Origin: a virus
Lineage: Duplodnaviria > Caudoviricetes
Length of the DNA stretch: 64,000 nt
Reading direction: 5' to 3' (one strand)
Virus record (IMG/VR): IMGVR_UViG_3300035208_004396
Both the position numbers and the translations under genes were made by a program. The notes under the pieces were generated by a model. It was given only the letters and a program-made list of their open reading frames with translations, did no database searches and was not told where the DNA came from. Positions 17,917 to 28,035 of the stretch are shown here, in pieces; positions within the stretch are counted from its first letter, which is position 1, and every line of letters starts with the position of its first letter.

Positions 17917-18840
17917 ATGTTATTCAGAGAATTTCATAGAATCTTAAACATCGATATGTATTTCAAAAAGAAAAATATTACGTCAGATTATACGAAATAT
18001 AAATTGAAAAGAATGACCAACGACATAATGTCCTTGATAAATAAAAAAGATGTTAAAGGTCTAAAAGAATATCTTTATGATTATAACGATAAATCTACAT
18101 TCGATTTATTTGCTTATATTACAGGTTCGAGAAATGCTAGGACAAAAGAACAGATATATAATATTATCGAGGAATATATGACGGATTTACACGAGTATTT
18201 ACATCAAAATAGTCATAAAATAGAAATAAAAGTGGAAAAAACAGAATCTTTGAAACAATATCTAGACAAACATAAGCTTAATGAAGTTGATGATCCTTTC
18301 GGCGATGATAAAGGAGATGATAATGCTATAGATACCGAAGAAGATACTGGTTCCGAAGATCCTTTCGGTGATCATACTAGTGATATGCCAAAAGATTCAG
18401 GCACATCTAGTGATAAAACTGAAGTACCTACTGATACACACGAAGAAGATCCCGATTTTAAGACTGGCCATGCTAATCCAGATGATTTGACTCTTCCTGC
18501 TCAACCCAGTGGAGAAACTGCTATAAATGTAGAAAATGTAATGACTAATCTAAATTCATTATTGTTAGGAAATAATAAGGATTTCGTAGATATGCCTAAG
18601 TTTAAGAAAGCTGTCGAGCTGATCTGTTCTGGTAAGAAATTAAATATGGATGATTTGACATTCGTAGATACTAAAAAAGTAATAGCTAAGCTTAAAACCT
18701 TATTAACCGGATTAGATGATTTCACGGCTAATTATGTAAAACAAAAGATAAGACAACCTATTGCAATAGATTATATGAATAAAAAATTAGATGCTATTCA
18801 ACAAAAACAAAATACAGAATTTTTGAGTCAAGCATTATAA
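17917..18840 (+). CDS. hypothetical protein with acidic DDPFGD repeats, candidate head/internal protein
   Basis: Acidic linker following LNE. Confidence 0.55.
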   Translation: MLFREFHRILNIDMYFKKKNITSDYTKYKLKRMTNDIMSLINKKDVKGLKEYLYDYNDKSTFDLFAYITGSRNARTKEQIYNIIEEYMTDLHEYLHQNSHKIEIKVEKTESLKQYLDKHKLNEVDDPFGDDKGDDNAIDTEEDTGSEDPFGDHTSDMPKDSGTSSDKTEVPTDTHEEDPDFKTGHANPDDLTLPAQPSGETAINVENVMTNLNSLLLGNNKDFVDMPKFKKAVELICSGKKLNMDDLTFVDTKKVIAKLKTLLTGLDDFTANYVKQKIRQPIAIDYMNKKLDAIQQKQNTEFLSQAL

Positions 18841-18966
18841 AGAGGTAAATATGAGCATGAAAATAAGAAAACAAACAAAAAAGTTAAATCAAATAGAACC
18901 TTCTATTTGTCAAGAAACCATAGATATTAAAGTGGAAAATCCAAAAAAACATAAAAAGAGTTAATT

Positions 18967-19785
18967 ATGACCCCATCATTCCCATTTATTCCAGATACTC
19001 AATTCTTAACAATCCCAATCGATGGGGAATGTTGTTCTGGTGAAAATTCTTGTGTCTGTGTTACTAGTGGGGATGTGGATAACTGGAATTCTGCTTACTA
19101 TATAATCCAAAATAACAGTGCTAATTGGGGAAACCAACACGATTATTCTGGTGAAATAGGTGATATAAGTGCCATTCTTAAACCAGAATTATGGAATTCT
19201 GCTGCTTCTATGTTAAATAGTGCTGATATTTGGAACTCAGCATATTCCACATCTAAAGAAATTTCTGAAAAATATATATCGGCAGTTAATGTAAAATACT
19301 ATGATGATGGCGATTTAGGCTGTTTTGGTTTATCTGGCAATGGAACAATAGATGATCCTATCAGATTAAATAGTGCTACAGAAAATAATCTCGAACTATA
19401 TTTCAAATTATTTGAAGATCTATATAAAAATCCGGGTGATATTAGCACTAGAAACTGGATGGAATCTGCTTATGGTGAATATCTTTACACTTTAGCAAGT
19501 GGAAATCTTGAATATATGGGTGAAATAGATCAATCCCTGAATAAACTATGGCTCATCATTCAAAGTATGAATTATAGTGGCTGTAATTATATTCAAGGTA
19601 AATATATACAGATTGAAAATCAAACTATAAGTGTTACGGGATTATCTGCTTATTTAGCCGGTGTTGGTATAAAGATTGAAAATAATACGATTATAAACAC
19701 TAATGCTTATACTTATGATGCTGCTATGAATTATACTAATTACTCTAGTTATAGTGGAGATTCAATATATTACAATGAAAAATGA
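18967..19785 (+). CDS. putative tail fibre/virion protein
   Basis: WNSA/SANW repeats, GNGT..DP, AG.GI.I motifs. Confidence 0.55.
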   Translation: MTPSFPFIPDTQFLTIPIDGECCSGENSCVCVTSGDVDNWNSAYYIIQNNSANWGNQHDYSGEIGDISAILKPELWNSAASMLNSADIWNSAYSTSKEISEKYISAVNVKYYDDGDLGCFGLSGNGTIDDPIRLNSATENNLELYFKLFEDLYKNPGDISTRNWMESAYGEYLYTLASGNLEYMGEIDQSLNKLWLIIQSMNYSGCNYIQGKYIQIENQTISVTGLSAYLAGVGIKIENNTIINTNAYTYDAAMNYTNYSSYSGDSIYYNEK

Positions 19786-20086
19786 TCAAATTTTAATACA
19801 AGCTATTAAAAAAGTATGTCTTGATAAAAAAACACCGGGTTTTGTCAAACACATTTTAACAGATGCGACCAAATCATATTTCTCCGAATCTATTAACTTA
19901 GTTTATACTAAACCAGAATTAGGAGATTTATGTCATAGTATTAAAAATATAAATGAAGAGTATAAGATTCTAAACAATAGTATAATCTGTGAAAACGTTC
20001 AATTAGTAGATGCCATTATGACAAAAGGTGAATTTATCGGTACCGTTTTTCATAATATTCCCATTAATATGTTAAGCAAAAACTAA
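19754..20086 (+). CDS. hypothetical protein (likely start at MKNDQ)
   Basis: ORF overlapping the upstream stop. Confidence 0.55.
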   Translation: MEIQYITMKNDQILIQAIKKVCLDKKTPGFVKHILTDATKSYFSESINLVYTKPELGDLCHSIKNINEEYKILNNSIICENVQLVDAIMTKGEFIGTVFHNIPINMLSKN

Positions 20087-20784
20087 AAAGTATAGTTATA
20101 CCATATTTTCTTTAACTGAGAAAAATCTGGTTTATCTACTGTAAATTCGGTTAATACACCATTTTTTATCATATCTTGTATTTCTTCGAAATTTGCATAT
20201 TTTTCTACTCTTTTAGATAATGAACTAGATTTATAATTAGATGGTGCTTTATATATTGCTAAAATGTGTGCTTCAGTCAATTTTTCAATTTCTTCACGAT
20301 TCAAATATTTGGCCACTATAAAATTAATGCCATCTAGATTGATTATATAACAATTTCTTATAGTTTTAGTTTCATCTCTTGATTTAATCCAACTCAATTT
20401 TTTAGATTCTTCCTCTGTAGCATAACGTTGAATAATACCTATATCTTCACCATAATAATCTGATGCTATCTTAGCATATTTATTCCAAAATGCACCATGA
20501 TAAGCACCATATTTACTCTGTTTTTTACCATTAACAGAACCATCTAATACATGTATCATTTCATGTAAAATAGTATTTACTAATAATTTTCTATTATCGA
20601 AAATTTTATCTTTTAATCTTATTAAATAACCATTTCTATATTCTGATGTATCACCGAACTTATCTTCATCTTTAGGCAATCTAGCCAGAAATATAGGAGG
20701 TAATATGTAACCTAATTCTTTCTCAAAAAAGTCCTTTCTGAAAAATTTAACAATATCTTTAGCATCTGCAATAGAATATAACAT
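20083..20784 (-). CDS. SprT-like zinc metalloprotease
   Basis: ILHEMIH...HGAFW motif. Confidence 0.8.
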   Translation of the reverse strand: MLYSIADAKDIVKFFRKDFFEKELGYILPPIFLARLPKDEDKFGDTSEYRNGYLIRLKDKIFDNRKLLVNTILHEMIHVLDGSVNGKKQSKYGAYHGAFWNKYAKIASDYYGEDIGIIQRYATEEESKKLSWIKSRDETKTIRNCYIINLDGINFIVAKYLNREEIEKLTEAHILAIYKAPSNYKSSSLSKRVEKYANFEEIQDMIKNGVLTEFTVDKPDFSQLKKIWYNYTF

Positions 20785-20843
20785 ATAATTATATATTTAT
20801 ACAATATAACACGAAATAAATGCAAAACTAAATTATGTAAAAA

Positions 20844-22859
20844 TTAGTTCACAAGGATGGAAGCTTTTACTTTTTGTCCATTTACTTCGACTAAGTCATC
20901 AGGATAAAAATAATCAATTTTACCATTATCAAAGGTGATTTTTATTGTAGGCAAATATTTATTAGCAGATTTCAAAATAGCATCAGATTTATAAAATTCA
21001 TCAGTTGCTTCTATCAAACTTCTAATTGTACATCTGGCCCCCCTAGTAATAGCTCTTGCACAATCTATGTTGTAGAATCTAAACTTGGGATAGAGTAATG
21101 CCCCATAAACCGAGTTAATGATAGTTTTTCTGGTTCTCTGTTCTACGAAATATCTAATAGTTCCAACTTCATCTTTTTCAGCTTTTGCCTTGAGCCATAG
21201 TTTCTTAAAATACTTTCTTTCGGCATAAACAGTTTTAACGAACTTTGGAATCATACCCTCTTCAGGTAAGAAATATACTCCATTTATCTTAGATTTGATC
21301 AATTTCAAAGACTTAATTTTATCCGGTGTGGGCTTAATTACAACACATTCTGGACTTATATTATATTGTCTTATATGATGAGGATATGAACTGTTAATGT
21401 CACCATCTAGTCCATGTAGATATAAGCCGGTCTTATTTGCACAAAAACCAGCTTTAACACTAAATGGAGCATAAGAATAATAAGCTTTTTTTTCCGGTAC
21501 CCAAACTAAATAATCTTTCTTTATTTGCTCAATAGATGGTTTTTTTACCATACTATCGGGAATTAGGTTTTGCCATTCTATTGTACCATCTGCCAGTTTG
21601 TTCTTATAATAACCTTCTTGAATCCACCAATCTTGTACATTTCTTTCTTTATTTAAAGGAACTGTTTTTTCTTTTAACACGAACTGGAGAATATAAGCTT
21701 CTGCTAATTTTGACATAGAAGAAATCTTATTCACCAAGATCAAACCATTATGACTCAATGAAATAGCAGTATTTATCAACCCAGTTTTATCATTAAGTTT
21801 AACGAAACATCTTACGTCTTGTCTGTTATAAACAACATATTTGTTATAATCTTTTCTATAAAAATCTCGAATGGGACCATCATATTCTATCTTACCAATC
21901 CCAAGCTCTTTCATGCAAATATCATTCAGTTTGAAACTTGGCAGATTGAATTGTCTTGTTAAATGTCTATACATTACCATATAATCGATGTGAATCAAAC
22001 CAGGGATTTCACAATTATATGAGTAATCATAATTGACATTTGCTGAAGTATTCTCATTATCTATTTCTGGTGCTATATTCAGAGGTGATAACAATTTAGA
22101 CAATCTCGAATCTAATTGATTCATCCTGTTAACAACATAAGGTACGTCGAAATGTGCACTATTCCAGCCAGTCAATATATCGAAATTCTGTTTATTGAAC
22201 CAATTAGCAAAATTTGTGAGCATTTCGAGCTCAGTTTTGAAATAATGATAATGATCTACACTTGGATCGTCCCCAGTATAAGGTTCAAGACCCCAAGTAT
22301 GATAAGCTTTATCTATATTTGAATATACCGTAATTAAATTAATCGGATATTCTGCAAGATTAGCAAAAGGAAATTCTGCTTTATAATAACAACTTCTTCT
22401 ATATGGTGTTACAATTTTCTCTTCTTCATCATAAACCGGTGTATTCAGATAATCTCGATCGATTTCTAGTTCTAATATAGTTTTATATCCAGTTTTAACT
22501 CTAACTTTATGATATAATGGATATTTTCGGCCGGATTGAATTTCAATATCAAAAAAAGCAATACGATAATCACTCTCGGAAATATATCGATCTTCGTTGA
22601 GATAAGTATATAATAAATACTGTTGAACTGGTGGTAAATCATATAAAAATGCTTTATTTGCTTCACCTAACATCCTAACATTATCACGATCATCTGAACT
22701 GGTCAACTTGACTTTTTCGTGAGTTCGCCACAAAGAATAATCACCATTTTCATCCCTAACGAAGTATTTCCTCACATAACGCTTACGATTATATTTTAGG
22801 TCATCTTTGTTTTTGTAATAAATGTAGCCTTTATGATAACAAACATTCTTATAAATCAT
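20844..22859 (-). CDS. family B DNA polymerase, N-terminal part (exonuclease, motif A, motif B); split gene
   Basis: DIE, GWNS..FD.PY, YN..DV, DINSSYP, K..INSVYG; no YGDTDS or thumb domain. Confidence 0.92.
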   Translation of the reverse strand: MIYKNVCYHKGYIYYKNKDDLKYNRKRYVRKYFVRDENGDYSLWRTHEKVKLTSSDDRDNVRMLGEANKAFLYDLPPVQQYLLYTYLNEDRYISESDYRIAFFDIEIQSGRKYPLYHKVRVKTGYKTILELEIDRDYLNTPVYDEEEKIVTPYRRSCYYKAEFPFANLAEYPINLITVYSNIDKAYHTWGLEPYTGDDPSVDHYHYFKTELEMLTNFANWFNKQNFDILTGWNSAHFDVPYVVNRMNQLDSRLSKLLSPLNIAPEIDNENTSANVNYDYSYNCEIPGLIHIDYMVMYRHLTRQFNLPSFKLNDICMKELGIGKIEYDGPIRDFYRKDYNKYVVYNRQDVRCFVKLNDKTGLINTAISLSHNGLILVNKISSMSKLAEAYILQFVLKEKTVPLNKERNVQDWWIQEGYYKNKLADGTIEWQNLIPDSMVKKPSIEQIKKDYLVWVPEKKAYYSYAPFSVKAGFCANKTGLYLHGLDGDINSSYPHHIRQYNISPECVVIKPTPDKIKSLKLIKSKINGVYFLPEEGMIPKFVKTVYAERKYFKKLWLKAKAEKDEVGTIRYFVEQRTRKTIINSVYGALLYPKFRFYNIDCARAITRGARCTIRSLIEATDEFYKSDAILKSANKYLPTIKITFDNGKIDYFYPDDLVEVNGQKVKASILVN

Positions 22860-22919
22860 TAAATTCGAACCTATATTTTTAATAAAAATACTAAATTATG
22901 ATAAAAAGGAACGTCGAAA

Positions 22920-24086
22920 ATGTATATAGCAGTATGCAACAAAGATCAATTCAAAATTAAATTGGATTCTATTAGGCATTATTATAATCCTAGATTAGAT
23001 ACCAACATTGATAAAGTTGATGATCAATTATATTCCGAATTATCGGCATTATATTGGCTCTGGAAACATAACAACGATGATATCATAGGACTTGAACACT
23101 ATCGTAGATTCTTCGTTAGCAAAGATAGCGATGTTTGGAATCACGAAAAAGCTAAAAAAATAGAATTGGTTAATGAAAATGAAATTAATGAACTGTTGCA
23201 AACTAAGGATATTATCTTATGTGAACAAGAAGTACCTGCAAAGAATGCTCTGACATTCCTTTTTTCTACAAGACATAATTCAGTAGACTCCGATTCCACG
23301 ATGTATGATATGTTCATAAATTGGTTCGAATATTTAGCTAAATCGAATAACAAGGATTTCTATTTCTACATGATAAGGGAAATGTCTAAATCCCCCACGT
23401 TATATGCTAATAATATGTTAATTGGCAAAAGAGAAGTCATAAGTTCATACTGTAACTGGTTGTTTCCTACCTTATCAGACTTTAAATCTCGTTATTATCC
23501 AGCAAAAATGGTACAACGTGGATTCGGTTATCTTGCAGAATGGTCTATGGGATATTGGTTCAAATTCAATAAAATAGCAATAACTAGCTTATATAAAGTA
23601 GTTTATGATGATGATGCTAAACCTACTAGATGTTGTTTTACTCATGAAGAACTAACTAATTCTAAAAATGATGTTTATGTAAATAAAATATTGGACAAGA
23701 TTAGCCGGGATTTCAAAGAAACACTATCTAAAAACATGCATTTTGATAAAAACGGTGTAAATATTCAAATTACCGAAAGAACCGGAGATGTTTTGATGAT
23801 TGCTCACTATCTCAGATTTGGATTTAATGTATATTATATCGGTAAAAACAACAACGAATTTATTAAAAAACTAGTTGAATTATATAATGATGATAATTAT
23901 GCCAGAATAGTTTTGGGTCATGTACCACCATTAGAACACTGTTTATATACCGAAACATTATTAATATCAGATTTAGCTCAGGGTATTTCCGCATTAAAAG
24001 ATCATAAAGAGGGTATAAAAGCAACAGCTAAAGCTATCGATTTAGATCATAGAAGCATTATAGATACAGTGGTGTATCTTAAATGA
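22920..24086 (+). CDS. DUF4422-like (capsule glycosyltransferase-related) protein
   Basis: YSELSALYWLWK, IGLEHYRRFF, NMLI, YC.WLF, R.FGYLAE motifs. Confidence 0.8.
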   Translation: MYIAVCNKDQFKIKLDSIRHYYNPRLDTNIDKVDDQLYSELSALYWLWKHNNDDIIGLEHYRRFFVSKDSDVWNHEKAKKIELVNENEINELLQTKDIILCEQEVPAKNALTFLFSTRHNSVDSDSTMYDMFINWFEYLAKSNNKDFYFYMIREMSKSPTLYANNMLIGKREVISSYCNWLFPTLSDFKSRYYPAKMVQRGFGYLAEWSMGYWFKFNKIAITSLYKVVYDDDAKPTRCCFTHEELTNSKNDVYVNKILDKISRDFKETLSKNMHFDKNGVNIQITERTGDVLMIAHYLRFGFNVYYIGKNNNEFIKKLVELYNDDNYARIVLGHVPPLEHCLYTETLLISDLAQGISALKDHKEGIKATAKAIDLDHRSIIDTVVYLK

Positions 24087-24850
24087 AAGTCTATTGTGTA
24101 AGTAATCTAGAACTGACTACATTAAAGAATCTGAATTATGATTCTATGTTTCCGGAGGCGGATATAATAAGTATAGCCGGTAATATATCAAAAGATCCAA
24201 ATATAATAAGAAAGTTATTTAAAGAATTAACTAACATTTATAATGCTATTGTATATGTAAATGGACCTTTTGAATATGCAGGGGATAATCCTCTTTATAA
24301 ACTAGATGAAATCGAACGATTAACTACATTGAAATCATATCATAAAAAGTATAAAATCGATCGGAAATTACCATTGTATCCAGTACATCTAAAAAATAGA
24401 GAAAATCGAATATTCATCAATTATCGTTATATAGATGGCAATGATTCAATCTGTGATAATTCATATTACAATAAACCAGATTTTAGCGATTTATTCATGA
24501 ATGAGTTTAATATGCTCTATTATCAAAACATGTTGACTGATGAAATTGTAAAAGATACTATAAATGCAGCTAAAACCGATACGCATCTCTTTGTTTCTAG
24601 ATATTGTCCTATTTCTAAAGATTTGAATCCTTTGCCCTGGAAATATGAAGATGTTTCTTATTTTGGTACTTATTCTGGTGAAACTATCTTCGATACTTTG
24701 AAAGACGGAGCTGTTATACATTACGGATTTTTACACTGGAAAGATAAAAAAACAATATCTTACAAAGGTAAACAAATAACATTCATCTGTAATTCAGAAA
24801 TTTCACCTTGGCCTAAATACAATCGAAATGATTATGTCATCTCTATCTAA
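24083..24850 (+). CDS. calcineurin-like metallophosphoesterase fold, apparently catalytically dead
   Basis: Motif spacing is conserved but residues are substituted (SNLE, AGNI, NGPFEY, SRYCP, YGFLH). Confidence 0.6.
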   Translation: MKVYCVSNLELTTLKNLNYDSMFPEADIISIAGNISKDPNIIRKLFKELTNIYNAIVYVNGPFEYAGDNPLYKLDEIERLTTLKSYHKKYKIDRKLPLYPVHLKNRENRIFINYRYIDGNDSICDNSYYNKPDFSDLFMNEFNMLYYQNMLTDEIVKDTINAAKTDTHLFVSRYCPISKDLNPLPWKYEDVSYFGTYSGETIFDTLKDGAVIHYGFLHWKDKKTISYKGKQITFICNSEISPWPKYNRNDYVISI

Positions 24851-24871
24851 ATATCCTTTATTTTTCATTTC

Positions 24872-24895
24872 AAAGGCCTTTTAGGGCCTTTTTTC
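24872..24895 (+). terminator. intrinsic terminator
   Basis: aaaggcc-ttttag-ggccttt followed by a T run, just after the 24850 stop. Confidence 0.6.
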
Positions 24896-24973
24896 ATTAG
24901 ATCCTATATAGTTATCCAGATTAAGAATAATACGCCTTTATAACACCGTTTATGTCAAATTAAACAACTATAG

Positions 24974-25372
24974 ATTTATTTTCATTTTAAGGCCCTTTTA
25001 AGACGATTAAATTGAAAATTAGTAACTATTCAGTATATAAGCTAAAAACGTCTAAAACAGGCATTTAACGCCAATAAAACTGGTATATTAGATAATACTA
25101 GTACGTAACCTAAAATTATAAATACCGATCTGTGCTTAATCAACCAAGTTTTTATCATAGTATATCATTTTAATTGTAAACTTATTTTAACATTTCATCA
25201 AAACAGATTTTTACCTACTTAGAGTAGTGAACTAAGTGATTTACAAGTCATAAAAAGTCCACATATTTCTCGATAGATACATTATAGTTGGGTAGGGAGA
25301 TGTGGAATCTTTTTTATATAGTATAAAACCTATAGGAGGGGGTACTAAGATAGAAAAGGTTCGTCTATTCTT
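24974..25372 (+). repeat. non-coding inverted repeat, copy A (near-identical core 25252-25372)
   Basis: Core matches the reverse complement of 52675-52796 with 3 substitutions and 1 indel; 24974-25087 matches the reverse complement of 52961-53077 loosely. Confidence 0.92.
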
Positions 25373-25433
25373 CAATCTTGATGTATACGAACAAATAAAA
25401 TGATTAAATTTTGATATATAAAAGGAGGTTTAT

Positions 25434-25808
25434 ATGGAAGAAACAGAACAAGTATATAAGTTAGATGTATCGAATCCAGTATGTCCATGTTGTGGTAAGA
25501 AATTAGTTTTGTTCGATAGTACCGAATCTATACCGAATGATGGATTAGTTAAAGAAAGTTTGAATGAACAAGTAGTACAAACTGAGATAGAACGAGTTAT
25601 TGAAAATACGGCCAATGAGTTATTAGACTTATATGTTCCTGATAATGATGAAAGAGATTCTTGGAAAGTTGATAATGATGTTCGAAATTGGGTTAGACGT
25701 AAAAGCGGGGAATTACATTTTATCTTTATCGAAGAATATGATATCGATATAGATATCATGAAGATCGAAGAAGCTATTTTAGAAAAACTAGATGAAATTA
25801 TTAAATGA
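25434..25808 (+). CDS. hypothetical protein with CPCC
   Basis: Strong SD aaggagg. Confidence 0.7.
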   Translation: MEETEQVYKLDVSNPVCPCCGKKLVLFDSTESIPNDGLVKESLNEQVVQTEIERVIENTANELLDLYVPDNDERDSWKVDNDVRNWVRRKSGELHFIFIEEYDIDIDIMKIEEAILEKLDEIIK

Positions 25809-26473
25809 AAACTGTAATAATAAGTAAAGATCAGCCTAAGTTCGTAGAAGAGATGGTTTCTAAATTAGATACTGATTATGTTATCGTTTTAGATCGTTGT
25901 AGTAAATCTTATCCGGCTGGCTATAATTATATAAAAAATGAAACGGGTTCTGGTTTTTTAGCTGGTTTTTGTAGAGATTTGGGTGCTAAAGATATAAAAG
26001 ATGATATTTTGTTCCTAGATGGTGATAAAATACCAGATATTTCAGAAAGAAAGATATCATATTTGAGTACTATGGGTTATGATTGTGTACTTTTAGGTTT
26101 AGGTCGAAGAGATCTGAGATTATTCATGCGTTGTGGAGAAGGTGTAGTACCATATTTAAGTAGTAGTTCAATTCGTTCCGAAATCTATTCTTGTGGTATA
26201 TATTTAAGTAAAGATATAATTAAAAAGGTAAAAGTTCTAAACAATGGACGAATATTCAATTCTCTTTTCGATGGTCGTTGGGGTGAAGAAGATCGATATT
26301 TAGGTGATGAATTGACTTATTTAGGTGCTAAAATAGGATATACTAGCCATATAGTATTAGCTAATATGATCACTAACTTGACTAAATCGAATGATGAATC
26401 TAAACGTAAGGATTATATAACAAATCATCGGATAAGATTAGATTTAAGATCTAAATTGTTTTCCAATAGATAA
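25805..26473 (+). CDS. glycosyltransferase family 2-like
   Basis: R..GA, LFLDGD, FDGRWGEED motifs. Confidence 0.75.
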   Translation: MKTVIISKDQPKFVEEMVSKLDTDYVIVLDRCSKSYPAGYNYIKNETGSGFLAGFCRDLGAKDIKDDILFLDGDKIPDISERKISYLSTMGYDCVLLGLGRRDLRLFMRCGEGVVPYLSSSSIRSEIYSCGIYLSKDIIKKVKVLNNGRIFNSLFDGRWGEEDRYLGDELTYLGAKIGYTSHIVLANMITNLTKSNDESKRKDYITNHRIRLDLRSKLFSNR

Positions 26474-26481
26474 ATAACTTT

Positions 26482-28035
26482 ATGAAGTTAGAAAACTTAG
26501 ATTTCACCGATTTTGGTTACTCATATCTCAGCGGTGATGTTTGGCATGATCAATTTATCGATAATTCATCTCGTTTTGTACGAACAGGTTTACCAAAATT
26601 AACAGAAAATTCAAATATAAATGGGGATAATCTTCAAAGCTATTATTCTAGCTTAATCGAGAATGATAAAACTCTTGCTGATAATGCATCGGTGTTCATT
26701 GACATAAACTCAGCTAATAATGATATTTTTGCTCGTAAAATTCATTCTGATTTAACAGACGAAGTTATAAATGCCGTATCTACTGAAAGTTATTATGGTA
26801 ATATCCCTAAAGGAATAGGTGATGTAGCAACAATTCCTATTGCTACAGAACCAAGCGTATTAGCTATGACAGAAGATGTTTATAACTCATTTGAAACTAA
26901 TTCGGGTAGATTATATAAAGCTAAACCTTATTGGTCTAAATCTTCACCATTTCAATATAAATTTGGAACTTTTAATACAACAGAAATCAATTTTCCAAAA
27001 GATAAAGTTAAAATAGGGCATATCGATATTCCAGCTACTAATTCGACGGAATTAGTACAAATCGTAGGGACAGGTCTAATAGAATCTAATCAGAACTCAT
27101 TATCAGGCAATGATAGATTAGATTATAATACGTATCATCGAACTTATGCTCTATATTACGGTGATAAAAAAGTTCAAATCATTGATGTTCCTTATGAATT
27201 ATATAATACTATACCATTAAATATCAACTTTTATATGGTAGGATCGAAAGAAAATCCAATATTAAATGATGATCTTTATTTAACTGTCGAAAATGTAGTT
27301 AAAACTGAATATAAATGGACTGGCAATACTGTAAATAGTTCAGATTATAAGGTCTTAAAAAGATATAAACGTGTTAAAAATGGCGATGATATAACTTATT
27401 ATGATGATGAAACTGAAGTTTCTGCTGATTATCTTATCGAGGATAATGATGTTTTAATTTCTAATTCTGCTAATACTTATTCCGTAACATGGCATTCTCT
27501 TACAGATACTAATAGTATATCGCAAGAAATGGACACATTATCTGTTAGTTTGAATGATATTTCTAAAGTTTTAACAGGTGTAGATCAATCTGGTAATTAT
27601 TGGTCTGCTGATATATCTTGTAAATATGGCGAATCTTATGGTTACACATATCTTTATGGCGGTGAATATTTTGATAGTGTACCTGAAATAAACATGTATT
27701 ATATAAGTTCTACTAATGTAGATCCTGTAGGTATATACGGAAGTAATTATTATTTAAATAGTTCAGTTAATTATCAAATAAGTACAATAGCAACACGAAC
27801 AAGTTATGATAAGCGATTATTTAACAACTGTTATTATGTAAAATCCAGAGATATAGCGTATTATGATGACCGTGAACCTAGTATTTGTTATCTCGAATTA
27901 AGACAGCTTAATCAAGTAGTGGGTTCTGGTGTATCAGATTATATTTATACAGATATAACCGACTCGGCATATTACCAAGTCGGCGGAAAATTGACCGTTT
28001 TATCTGATTTAATAGCTAAATTGAAATATCTTTAA
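26482..28035 (+). CDS. putative virion protein
   Basis: 517 aa, S/Y/N/D-rich, late motif ATAAATA-N5-ATG. Confidence 0.55.
   Translation: MKLENLDFTDFGYSYLSGDVWHDQFIDNSSRFVRTGLPKLTENSNINGDNLQSYYSSLIENDKTLADNASVFIDINSANNDIFARKIHSDLTDEVINAVSTESYYGNIPKGIGDVATIPIATEPSVLAMTEDVYNSFETNSGRLYKAKPYWSKSSPFQYKFGTFNTTEINFPKDKVKIGHIDIPATNSTELVQIVGTGLIESNQNSLSGNDRLDYNTYHRTYALYYGDKKVQIIDVPYELYNTIPLNINFYMVGSKENPILNDDLYLTVENVVKTEYKWTGNTVNSSDYKVLKRYKRVKNGDDITYYDDETEVSADYLIEDNDVLISNSANTYSVTWHSLTDTNSISQEMDTLSVSLNDISKVLTGVDQSGNYWSADISCKYGESYGYTYLYGGEYFDSVPEINMYYISSTNVDPVGIYGSNYYLNSSVNYQISTIATRTSYDKRLFNNCYYVKSRDIAYYDDREPSICYLELRQLNQVVGSGVSDYIYTDITDSAYYQVGGKLTVLSDLIAKLKYL

Noticed and set aside
20844-21030. Functional split intein at the polymerase C-terminus
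   Set aside because: No Cys/Ser block A at a junction and no TxxH motif; at most a relic
24850-25433. CRISPR mini-array in the long intergenic regions
   Set aside because: No regularly spaced identical direct repeats with unique spacers, and no cas genes
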